NCBI RefSeq assembly: GCF_003418935.1
Contig: NZ_QVMT01000001.1
Span: 388,063-412,062, forward strand
Length of the DNA: 24,000 nt
Direction: 5' to 3'
Source: Emticicia sp. C21
Lineage (GTDB): Bacteria; Bacteroidota; Bacteroidia; Cytophagales; Spirosomataceae
Each line of letters opens with the position of its first letter. Position 1 is the stretch's first letter. Position numbers and translations under genes: made by a program. The notes below the pieces were generated by a model. The model ran no database searches. It was not told the origin of the DNA and saw only the letters and a program-made list of their open reading frames with translations. This document shows, piece by piece, positions 16,629 to 24,000 of this stretch.

Positions 16629-17003
16629 ATGGATAATAAACTATCTATCAAGGCATTCAACCATGTGGCATTGCAGGTAAGCGATATTGACCGTAGTGCA
16701 GATTTTTATGCAAACGTACTTGACCTGCAGGAAATCCAGATTCCGGCTTTTGATTATCCTGTCAGATGGTTTAGTTTGGGTGCTAACCGTGAGCTACATC
16801 TCATTGGCAGAAAAGAAAATGGTGCCTCAACAGGCATAAGAGGGAATCATTTCTGTTTAGAAGTAACAGATATTCTGCAAGCCGAAATGTATATAAAGGA
16901 TTTAGGTATAGATTATATGCCTATTAAACTTCGCCCTGATGGGGTCAAACAATTATTTTTGACTGACCCAGATGGGCATTATATTGAATTGTGTGAGATG
17001 TGA
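16629..17003 (+). CDS. VOC family protein (glyoxalase I / ring-cleavage dioxygenase fold)
   Basis: 124-aa ORF with FNHVALQVSDIDRSADFY, GNHFCLEV and LTDPDGHYIEL, the metal-binding H/E pattern of single-domain VOC proteins. Confidence 0.8.
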   Translation: MDNKLSIKAFNHVALQVSDIDRSADFYANVLDLQEIQIPAFDYPVRWFSLGANRELHLIGRKENGASTGIRGNHFCLEVTDILQAEMYIKDLGIDYMPIKLRPDGVKQLFLTDPDGHYIELCEM

Positions 17004-17060
17004 TTAAAAATTAATTACCGTGCGGCGGCCGCTCATTCACCTAATCACTCAATTTTAAAT

Positions 17061-18539
17061 CTAACTCAATATCGGCTTTATCACCTTCCCTGCCACATCT
17101 GTCAAGCGGAACGGACGGCCCTGGAAGAAATAAGTCAGTTTTTCGTGGTCAAAACCTAATAAATGTAAAATAGTCGCCTGTAAATCATGCACATGGGTGC
17201 GGTCTTTTACGCCATAATAGCCTAATGGATCGGTTTCTCCCAGACTCATGCCTTTTTTCAAGCCACCGCCCGCCATGAATACTGTAAAGGCATCTAAATG
17301 ATGGTCACGGCCTTTGAAAGGTAAGGTTTGTCCGTCGCGGTTTTCCTGCATGGGCGTTCTTCCAAATTCTCCGCCCCACACTACAAGGGTTTCATCTAGC
17401 AAGCCACGCATTTTCAGGTCTTTTATTAAGCCTGTTACTGCACGGTCGGTTATCTGACAAAGATCTTTAAAGCCACCGTCTAATGATAGTCTTTGATCAG
17501 TTCCGTGTGCATCCCAACCCCAATGGAAAAGTTGCACAAATCGCACGCCGTTTTCAACCAATCTTCTAGCTAAAAGGCAATTATTAGCAAATGATGCATC
17601 TCCTACTTCTGCCCCATACATATTTCGTACCCACTCAGGTTCTTTGCTGATGTCCATTACTTCCGGTACAGACATCTGCATTCTGAATGCCATTTCGTAT
17701 TGCGAGATACGGGTTAATATTTCAGGGTCTTGTACCTCTTCGTATTGTTGTCTGTTAATCTCATTAATGGCCTCGATGGTCTGCTTCCGGATATCGCGGC
17801 TCATTCCGTGAGGGTCTGATACATATAGCACCGGGTCTGCTCCTGTTCTGCATTGTACGCCTTGATAGATGGATGGTAAGAAGCCATTTCCCCAAACACT
17901 TTTCCCTGCATCAGGGCTTCTTCCTCCTGATGCCAATACGATAAAGCCCGGTAGATTCTGATTTTCTGTGCCTAAGCCATACATAGCCCATGAGCCCAGA
18001 CTTGGACGGCCCAGACGAGGGCTTCCTGTGTGCATCAGTAATTGGGCAGGCGCATGGTTGAACTGGTCGGTATACATAGCTTTCAGGAAGGTCAAATCAT
18101 CAGCTACTTCAGGCAGATAAGGCATAAAATCTGAAATATAAGCCCCTGATTGCCCACGCTGGCTAAATTGTGCCAATGGCCCCAGCATTTTAGGCACTCC
18201 TCTGATAAAGGCAAACTTTTTACCCTCTAAAAACTCTTGTGGACAGTCTCTGCCATCATATTTCTGTAATTCAGGCTTGTAGTCAAATAACTCTAATTGA
18301 GAAGGAGCTCCAGCCATGTGTATGTAGATTACCCGTTTTACCTTTGGCGCAAAATGTGGCGTTTTAGGTAAAGTAGGATCAGTCATTGCCTGATTCTCTC
18401 CTGATTTATTCGGAAAACACCCACCCATCAAAGAGCTTAAAGCAGCTACTCCTAATCCGGTAGTACAAGTATTCAGAAAATGCCGACGCGTCTGCAACAT
18501 GTTTTCGGCATGAAGAAATTCTTTAATTAATTTTTCCAT
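17061..18539 (-). CDS. DUF1501 domain protein (sulfatase/alkaline-phosphatase-like fold) with Tat-type signal
   Basis: 492-aa ORF with an N-terminal twin-arginine motif (TRRHFLNTCTTGLGVAALS). The sequence is typical of DUF1501 (HMAGAPSQLELFDYKP ... WDAHG ... WGGEFGRTP ... GRDHH). Confidence 0.85.
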   Translation of the reverse strand: MEKLIKEFLHAENMLQTRRHFLNTCTTGLGVAALSSLMGGCFPNKSGENQAMTDPTLPKTPHFAPKVKRVIYIHMAGAPSQLELFDYKPELQKYDGRDCPQEFLEGKKFAFIRGVPKMLGPLAQFSQRGQSGAYISDFMPYLPEVADDLTFLKAMYTDQFNHAPAQLLMHTGSPRLGRPSLGSWAMYGLGTENQNLPGFIVLASGGRSPDAGKSVWGNGFLPSIYQGVQCRTGADPVLYVSDPHGMSRDIRKQTIEAINEINRQQYEEVQDPEILTRISQYEMAFRMQMSVPEVMDISKEPEWVRNMYGAEVGDASFANNCLLARRLVENGVRFVQLFHWGWDAHGTDQRLSLDGGFKDLCQITDRAVTGLIKDLKMRGLLDETLVVWGGEFGRTPMQENRDGQTLPFKGRDHHLDAFTVFMAGGGLKKGMSLGETDPLGYYGVKDRTHVHDLQATILHLLGFDHEKLTYFFQGRPFRLTDVAGKVIKPILS

Positions 18540-18659
18540 GAGGGCTTGAATAGAATCAAGACAAAGATAATAATTCTATTTCACAAACGTATGAATTTCT
18601 AACGTATTACAGCCTCATATAAAACTGCAAATAATCTGAATCTTTCGTATTTTTGCAGG

Positions 18660-19790
18660 ATGAAATATGAATTACAAAAAACTGATAACGGTTCTAAAGC
18701 CAGAGCCGGTAAAATTACGACCGATCACGGCGAAATATTGACGCCTATTTTTATGCCTGTGGGCACGGCCGGAACCGTAAAAGCTGTTCATCAGAGAGAA
18801 TTAGAAAACGATATTCATGCCCAGATAATTCTGGGTAATACTTACCATTTATACCTACGCCCGGGCTTGGATATTCTGGAACGCGCAGGTGGTTTACATA
18901 AATTTAATGGATGGAATAAGCCTATCCTGACAGATTCAGGTGGATATCAGGTTTTTTCATTAAAGGATATCCGGAAGATTTCGGAAGAGGGTGTAAAATT
19001 TCAATCGCATATTGATGGGTCAAGGCATTTGTTTACTCCGGAAAGTGTAATGGATATTCAGCGGGTAATTGGTGCTGACATTATTATGGCATTTGATGAG
19101 TGTGCTCCTTACCCTTGCGATTATAGCTATGCCAAAAAATCTATGGAAATGACACATCGTTGGCTAAAACGTTGTTGTGACCGTTTTGATAGTACCGAAG
19201 GGCTATATGGCTATTCGCAAACACTCTTCCCAATTGTACAAGGTAGTGTTTATAAAGATTTACGTATTCAATCTGCCGAATTTATTGCCGGACAAAACCG
19301 GGATGGCAATGCCATTGGTGGCTTAGCCGTTGGTGAGCCTGCCGAAAAGATGTATGAAACTATCGACTATGTGAATGATATTCTGCCACAAGACAAACCT
19401 CGCTATCTGATGGGTGTGGGTACACCTGAGAATATCCTTGAAAGCATAGCTTTAGGCATAGATATGTTTGATTGCGTAATGCCTACTCGCAATGCCCGTA
19501 ATGGTATGCTTTTTACGACACAAGGCATCATCAATATCAGAAACGAGAAATGGAAGGATGATTATAGTCCGATTGATGAAAACCTAGGCGGATACACGAG
19601 TACATTCTATAGCAAAGCTTATTTACGCCACCTCGTAAAATGTGATGAAATATTAGCTGCTCAGGTGGCCAGTGTTCATAATCTTACTTTTTATCTATGG
19701 CTGGTAGGTCAGGCTCGTGAGCATATTCTAGCAGGAGATTTTGCTGAATGGAAGAAAGTGATGGTGAAAAAAGTGATGGAGCGGCTGTAA
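18660..19790 (+). CDS. tgt: Queuine tRNA-ribosyltransferase (tRNA-guanine transglycosylase)
   Basis: 376-aa ORF with FMPVGTAGTVKA, LGNTYHL, LTDSGGYQVFSL, GGLAVGEP, YLMGVGTPE and MFDCVMPTRNARNG motifs. See the finding about the missing CxCxxC zinc motif. Confidence 0.93.
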   Translation: MKYELQKTDNGSKARAGKITTDHGEILTPIFMPVGTAGTVKAVHQRELENDIHAQIILGNTYHLYLRPGLDILERAGGLHKFNGWNKPILTDSGGYQVFSLKDIRKISEEGVKFQSHIDGSRHLFTPESVMDIQRVIGADIIMAFDECAPYPCDYSYAKKSMEMTHRWLKRCCDRFDSTEGLYGYSQTLFPIVQGSVYKDLRIQSAEFIAGQNRDGNAIGGLAVGEPAEKMYETIDYVNDILPQDKPRYLMGVGTPENILESIALGIDMFDCVMPTRNARNGMLFTTQGIINIRNEKWKDDYSPIDENLGGYTSTFYSKAYLRHLVKCDEILAAQVASVHNLTFYLWLVGQAREHILAGDFAEWKKVMVKKVMERL

Positions 19791-19802
19791 TATAACAAAG
19801 GA

Positions 19803-21107
19803 TTAATAGGGTTGTTTATTGAGCTCGCCTATAAAATAATCCCGTACTAGTTGATATGGTGTAGAATCTTTGATAAAAACAATTGCGTCGAAAGCATCTC
19901 CTATTAATCCTTTACAATTTATTAGTATTGAGGAGCGATAGTTAATCGTTCCAAAGGTCATTGTATGCGATGGTTGGTTTAAAAATTCTTTTGATGAACT
20001 ATCACAAAGTAAAACTCCATATTTTGCCTTTGCTTGACAACCTATGATGGTACCCAACTTATTTTTATGTTGAGCAATTTTTGATGAACCCGAAAATCCT
20101 GCATAAAATCTTCCCTTCTGCACTTCTGTTCCTATACTCATATAATCGGTCTGATATTGTTTACTTAAGTATTCGCCAAAACTCGGAAACTTTCCGAATA
20201 TCTCTGTATAAATTGTCTTTTTATTGATATGCATATTATGGGCTCTTATGATAACCTGTTTATCTTTTTTGCAGGTTTCTCTTAACCATTCTATATTCTC
20301 AAAAATAAATTTATCCCGCATTTTATATTTTAAATCATTATCAGACCAAAATGCCATTGAGTTGGGAAGAGTCTTTAGAACGCGCACCATCACATCCGTC
20401 TTCATATTCGTCGAATCTGAATTAACTCTGCTATTTTCAAGGATGCTTAGTAGTTGATTGGCACTGTCAGCAATAGTATTAATATTTATTTTAGCAGAAT
20501 TAGGTAACTTCCTTAAATTCTTGTTTAATTCTTCTAAAATAGGAACTGCTTTATTTATCCCGTGATTCAGACAATGCTCTTTCAGAAAACTTATAATTTC
20601 CTCAGGTTGGTCTATATCGGTTCCAATTACCCATATTTTCTCTTTGAATGGCCTCTGTTTATTAAAATTTCTGATCCAGATATAAAGTGGCATCATATCC
20701 CTCTGCCTATACGCTGCATCTCTTGCTCTTATCTTCTTTTTTATCATTATATCGGCCACACTCCTTCTTTCATTTACTACATAGTCGTTAATTTTATAGG
20801 AGTCCAGCATTGATATTTCTCCCAGAACAATGCAATTAAAATGATGGAGTTTTACTAGTTGGGTGGCGATAAGATGTTGAAATTCCATTACCTCTTTTGT
20901 CCCATGAGTTACTTCCCCTATAGCCACAATTTTCTTGTTTCTGGCTTGCTCATAAATAACCGCTAATTCATTGTGGACATCTTTTTTTATAAGGATACTA
21001 TCAGAAAGAGTTATAAAGGATTTTTTCGGTATTTTATAAGCAACATTTTGTTGTGCATAACAATACACCGCATTTAGAAAACAAAACAAAACTAAAATGC
21101 TACGCAT
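19803..21107 (-). CDS. Erythromycin-esterase-family (Ere/ChaN-like) protein with signal peptide
   Basis: 434-aa ORF with signal ILVLFCFLNAVYCYAQQ. The motif VAIGEVTHGTKEVMEFQHLIATQLVKLHHFNCIVLGE matches the Ere family opening (GE-THGT-EF...) and a later IIRAHNMHINK matches the AHN-H motif. The stop lies 12 nt from the tgt stop (convergent). Confidence 0.6.
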   Translation of the reverse strand: MRSILVLFCFLNAVYCYAQQNVAYKIPKKSFITLSDSILIKKDVHNELAVIYEQARNKKIVAIGEVTHGTKEVMEFQHLIATQLVKLHHFNCIVLGEISMLDSYKINDYVVNERRSVADIMIKKKIRARDAAYRQRDMMPLYIWIRNFNKQRPFKEKIWVIGTDIDQPEEIISFLKEHCLNHGINKAVPILEELNKNLRKLPNSAKININTIADSANQLLSILENSRVNSDSTNMKTDVMVRVLKTLPNSMAFWSDNDLKYKMRDKFIFENIEWLRETCKKDKQVIIRAHNMHINKKTIYTEIFGKFPSFGEYLSKQYQTDYMSIGTEVQKGRFYAGFSGSSKIAQHKNKLGTIIGCQAKAKYGVLLCDSSSKEFLNQPSHTMTFGTINYRSSILINCKGLIGDAFDAIVFIKDSTPYQLVRDYFIGELNKQPY

Positions 21108-21250
21108 ATTTTGAAAGGTTTAATCACAGTGTTACGATATAGTAAAGATAGAAATTACCTAATCTAAACTTATGCGTATAAGAAAAAAAGTAGCCTAAAT
21201 TTTATGGAATATTCAAAGACCCCGCATCAAACAGAAAAAGAACAATTCCT

Positions 21251-23125
21251 ATGAAAAAAATCTTCTTACTCTGTTTGATTACACAATTGCTGTGGGCACA
21301 ATCAACCATTATTCAATCAAAAATCGAAAGTGTAACTGTTTTCCTAAATGGCGCACAAGTTACCCGTTCGGCTTATGCCTCTCTACCTATTGGCAAAACT
21401 GAATTAGTCTTCAAGGGAATTTCTCCTCAGATTAACAAGCAAAGTATTCAGGTAAAAAGTGAAAGTAAATTTACTATTCTATCTGTAAATCATCAATTGG
21501 GCAGTCTTTTAGATAAAGCCATTCAGGAAGAAATTACTAAAATTGAAAATCAGAAACGACAGCTTGAAGACAAGATAAATTTAGAAAGAAACTACCTGCT
21601 GCTTTTCAAACGCGAAGAAGAAATGCTACTCAAAAATCAGGTTGTAGGCGGACAACAAGCAGGCATGAAAGTGACCGATTTAAAAGAAAGTGTAGAGTAT
21701 CAACGCCAACGCATGCAGGAAGTATTGATGAAGAAATTAGAGTATGAAAAGAATATTCAGAGGCTTGAAGATGAGGTAAAAAAACTCAATCAGCAATTGA
21801 CTGAAATCAACGCTAAAAAAGATGTGCAAATGTCTGAAATAGTTATTAAGGTTTTGGCAAAGGAAACTATCAATAATGCCCCTATCACAATCTCTTACTT
21901 TGTAAAAAACGCAGGTTGGACACCTACTTATGATTTCAGAGTTGAGAAACTTAATCAACCTATTAGCCTTGCTTATAAAGCCAATATATTTCAGTATTCT
22001 GGTGAAGACTGGAAAGAAGTAAAATTGAGTCTTTCAACGGCAAATCCTTATAAAAGTGGTACTGCGCCTGTACTGCAAAAATGGGTGGTTGGAGAAAAAA
22101 ATGATTATAGTGATTATTATAACAATATTGTAAAAGGCGAAAATGAAAGCATAAACGCCAACCAATCAGAAGTATGGGGAAGGGTAACAACAAAATCTGA
22201 CAAATTGGGGATACCAGGTGTCTCAATTACTCTGAAGGGAACAACTCTTGGTATAGCATCTGATGTTAATGGTAATTATAGACTTACTGTTCCACCTACA
22301 CTATATAATAAACAATCTACATTAGTCTTTTCAGCTATTGGTTACCAAACTATAGAAAAAACTATTACTTCTAGCCGAACTGATGCAGTTCTGGATGAAT
22401 CTGTTGCTCAATTGAACGAAGTAGTTGTGACAGGTTATGAAATAGGAGGTCTAACTTTGAAAAGCAATAGAGACTATAATAAAAGAACTATCCCGATAGA
22501 TATTTCAGAAAGAGATGCTCCTACGAGTCAGGTATTTGATATTCTGGTTCCTTATACAATTCCATCTGATGGCAAGGTGTATACAGCAGAAATTAAAGAA
22601 GAAAGTATTCCGGCTATTTTTGAACATTTTTGTATTCCTAAAATCGATACTGATGTATTCTTACATGCACATATTATTGGTTGGGAGAAATACAAACTAT
22701 TACAGGGAGAGGCAAATCTTTTTATCGACAATACTTTTCTGGGTAAATCTAAGCTGAATCTTTTCAATAAAGATACGTTGAGTCTATCATTCGGTCGCGA
22801 TAAAAATGTAATTATTAGCCGAAATAAGCTTAAAAGCTATCAGAAAAAACAGTTGATTGGCTCTAATAAATCTGAGCAGTTTTCTTATGAAATTGTAGCC
22901 CGTAATACCAAAAATGAAGTTATTAATCTGCTTATTGAAGACCAGTTTCCTGTCTCTGAAAATAAAGAGGTGAATGTTGAAGATAAAGAGGCACCCGAAG
23001 CTGAAATTAATACCGAGACTGGTAAAATCAAGTGGAAGCTCAATCTGGCTCCTGCCATAGAATATAAGGTTTCTTTAAAATACACAATTAAATCTCCAAA
23101 ATCTGGCTTTGTTACGGCTGAATGA
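21251..23125 (+). CDS. DUF4140/DUF4139 (MuiA-like) protein with an internal CarboxypepD_reg-like domain
   Basis: 624-aa ORF with signal FLLCLITQLLWAQ. The DUF4140-type N-terminus reads IESVTVFLNGAQVTRSA...GKTELVFKGISPQINKQSIQV and is followed by a coiled coil. The inserted domain is WGRVTTKSDKLGIPGVSITLKGTTLGIASDVNGNYRL...SAIGYQTIEKTI...LNEVVVTGY (about 22170-22440). The DUF4139-like C-terminus reads GEANLFIDNTFLGKSKL...FPVSENKEV. Confidence 0.75.
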   Translation: MKKIFLLCLITQLLWAQSTIIQSKIESVTVFLNGAQVTRSAYASLPIGKTELVFKGISPQINKQSIQVKSESKFTILSVNHQLGSLLDKAIQEEITKIENQKRQLEDKINLERNYLLLFKREEEMLLKNQVVGGQQAGMKVTDLKESVEYQRQRMQEVLMKKLEYEKNIQRLEDEVKKLNQQLTEINAKKDVQMSEIVIKVLAKETINNAPITISYFVKNAGWTPTYDFRVEKLNQPISLAYKANIFQYSGEDWKEVKLSLSTANPYKSGTAPVLQKWVVGEKNDYSDYYNNIVKGENESINANQSEVWGRVTTKSDKLGIPGVSITLKGTTLGIASDVNGNYRLTVPPTLYNKQSTLVFSAIGYQTIEKTITSSRTDAVLDESVAQLNEVVVTGYEIGGLTLKSNRDYNKRTIPIDISERDAPTSQVFDILVPYTIPSDGKVYTAEIKEESIPAIFEHFCIPKIDTDVFLHAHIIGWEKYKLLQGEANLFIDNTFLGKSKLNLFNKDTLSLSFGRDKNVIISRNKLKSYQKKQLIGSNKSEQFSYEIVARNTKNEVINLLIEDQFPVSENKEVNVEDKEAPEAEINTETGKIKWKLNLAPAIEYKVSLKYTIKSPKSGFVTAE

Positions 23126-23250
23126 GATTAGAAATAGACATAAATACAAGGCATCCCTATATTGCCTTAGCTCCAAATCCTCTTATCAATGCTTAGTTAT
23201 CTTACAATCATTCTGATAAAGACAGTATTAAAAACATTTCTATGCGAAAA

Positions 23251-23273
23251 GAGACAGGGCAATGCCCTGTCTC
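23251..23273 (-). terminator. Rho-independent terminator for the glycosylase gene
   Basis: GAGACAGGGC (23251-23260) is the exact reverse complement of GCCCTGTCTC (23264-23273), with a 3-nt loop. On the minus strand TTTTCGC follows. It sits 8 nt past the stop at 23281. Confidence 0.7.
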
Positions 23274-23280
23274 TATCATT

Positions 23281-23886
23281 TTATGCAAATAATACACCCT
23301 GATTTTTCTCCAATTTACTTACAAACTTATTCCCTTTAATATAAAAACGATATAATAAATCTGCTCCCTGAGTAATACCAATTCGGGTGGTAGTAACTAT
23401 CTCAAAATTTTCATCTTTGGGTGGAATGCAATAAAATTCATCTTCATAAACTGGCAAAAAATTGAACTCCGGAGTAATACCCATCGCTTTTACTAATTTA
23501 GCCGGGCCGCTACAAAGATTTTTCAATTGAGTGGTATTCCGTCTTTTTTGCATCAATTCTATCCCCTCAACTGGCTCCAGCGCTCGTACTAATACTGCTT
23601 CGCCTACTCCTTTATCACCACTGACAATATTGAAACAATGATACATGCCGTAGATAAGATACACATAAGATATACCGGCTCCCTCAAACATGGCGGCATT
23701 TCTGGCGCTTTTCTTCCGATAGGCGTGACAGGCTGGGTCGTTACTTAGATAGGCTTCTGTTTCAACGATGATACCTGAGGTGCGTCCTTCAGGGCTTTCA
23801 TGTACCATTGTACAACCCAGCAGTTTTTTCGATAAGGTTACGGTATCATATTTTTCGTAAAATTCTTTGGGAAGGAAATTCGTCAT
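23281..23886 (-). CDS. DNA-3-methyladenine (alkylpurine) glycosylase, AAG/Mpg family
   Basis: 201-aa ORF with LLGCTMV, GIIVETEAYLSNDPACHAYRKKSARNAAMF, YVYLIYGMYHCFNIV and VLVRALEP. These are the characteristic Mpg/AAG family blocks. Confidence 0.88.
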   Translation of the reverse strand: MTNFLPKEFYEKYDTVTLSKKLLGCTMVHESPEGRTSGIIVETEAYLSNDPACHAYRKKSARNAAMFEGAGISYVYLIYGMYHCFNIVSGDKGVGEAVLVRALEPVEGIELMQKRRNTTQLKNLCSGPAKLVKAMGITPEFNFLPVYEDEFYCIPPKDENFEIVTTTRIGITQGADLLYRFYIKGNKFVSKLEKNQGVLFA

Positions 23887-23917
23887 CTGTACTTTTGAGG
23901 AAATATTAAAAATCTAC

Positions 23918-24000
23918 ATGTATAACAAAATCTTATGTCTTTTGTTGCTGACGCAAGTTTGCCTCGCCCAGCAGATAAAATCAAAAGACTCTATGACTGT
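23918..24000 (+). CDS. 5' end of a gene for a secreted protein; the gene runs off the window end
   Basis: ATG at 23918 opens MYNKILCLLLLTQVCLAQQIKSKDSMT..., a signal-peptide-like N-terminus ending in the AQQ seen in other secreted proteins here. It is open to the window end. Only 27 codons are visible, so this is weak. Confidence 0.4.
   Translation, partial: MYNKILCLLLLTQVCLAQQIKSKDSMT

Noticed and set aside
17000-17048. GC-rich palindrome GCGGCCGC (a NotI site, 17025-17032) inside a GTGATTA...TAATCAC inverted repeat between convergent genes. I considered a terminator or an engineered site.
   Set aside because: The central stem is at most 4-5 bp with a strained loop, and neither side has a T-run. 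A single 8-mer palindrome is not evidence of engineering. At most it is a weak, unsupported terminator.
18648-18655. TATTTTTG (TAnnTTTG) box 5 nt upstream of the tgt ATG, which would imply a leaderless tgt mRNA.
   Set aside because: There is no TTG/TTTG element at the expected -33 distance, and a single 8-mer in AT-rich DNA is weak evidence. I do not report it as a feature.
20224-22767. Antisense ORFs in the Ere-like and DUF4139 genes (20224..20457, 20562..20813, 21737..21958, 21963..22226, 22515..22757, 22552..22767, and also 22885..23085).
   Set aside because: These are AT-rich shadow ORFs with low-complexity translations, all nested in longer motif-bearing genes.

Overview
This AT-rich window looks like ordinary core chromosome from a Bacteroidota genome, probably Cytophagia- or Sphingobacteriia-like. 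The lineage call rests on TTTG/TAnnTTTG-type promoter boxes, no obvious Shine-Dalgarno sequences, CarboxypepD_reg-type outer-membrane proteins, and DUF4139, DUF1501 and HXXEE families. I support about 20 protein-coding loci, two of them cut by the window edges and one frameshifted. Housekeeping genes are dnaX, tgt, an AAG/Mpg-type 3-methyladenine glycosylase and a DinB-M20 peptidase-Nif3-zinc ribbon operon. Envelope or secreted proteins are a beta-helix glycosidase-like protein, an OMP_b-brl_3-type barrel, a DUF4139 protein, an erythromycin-esterase-like protein and a TPR protein. Small enzymes are two VOC proteins, a metallophosphoesterase and a DUF1501 protein. There is one canonical tRNA-Asp(GUC). 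I saw no transposase, integrase, CRISPR array, toxin-antitoxin pair or recognisable defence operon, so I cannot honestly name a new multi-gene system. Three signals deserve a second look. (1) A tandem triplication of a tRNA-Asp-plus-terminator unit, in which the two distal copies share the same 17-nt block in the T arm and an invariant 3' end. (2) An A10 tract in dnaX that contains the E. coli-type A AAA AAG heptamer with an immediate -1 frame stop (AAG AGU AAU read as GAG UAA), at the domain III/linker boundary. (3) A Tgt whose three zinc-binding cysteines appear to be replaced. All functional calls come from motif recognition by eye, and no database search was run.
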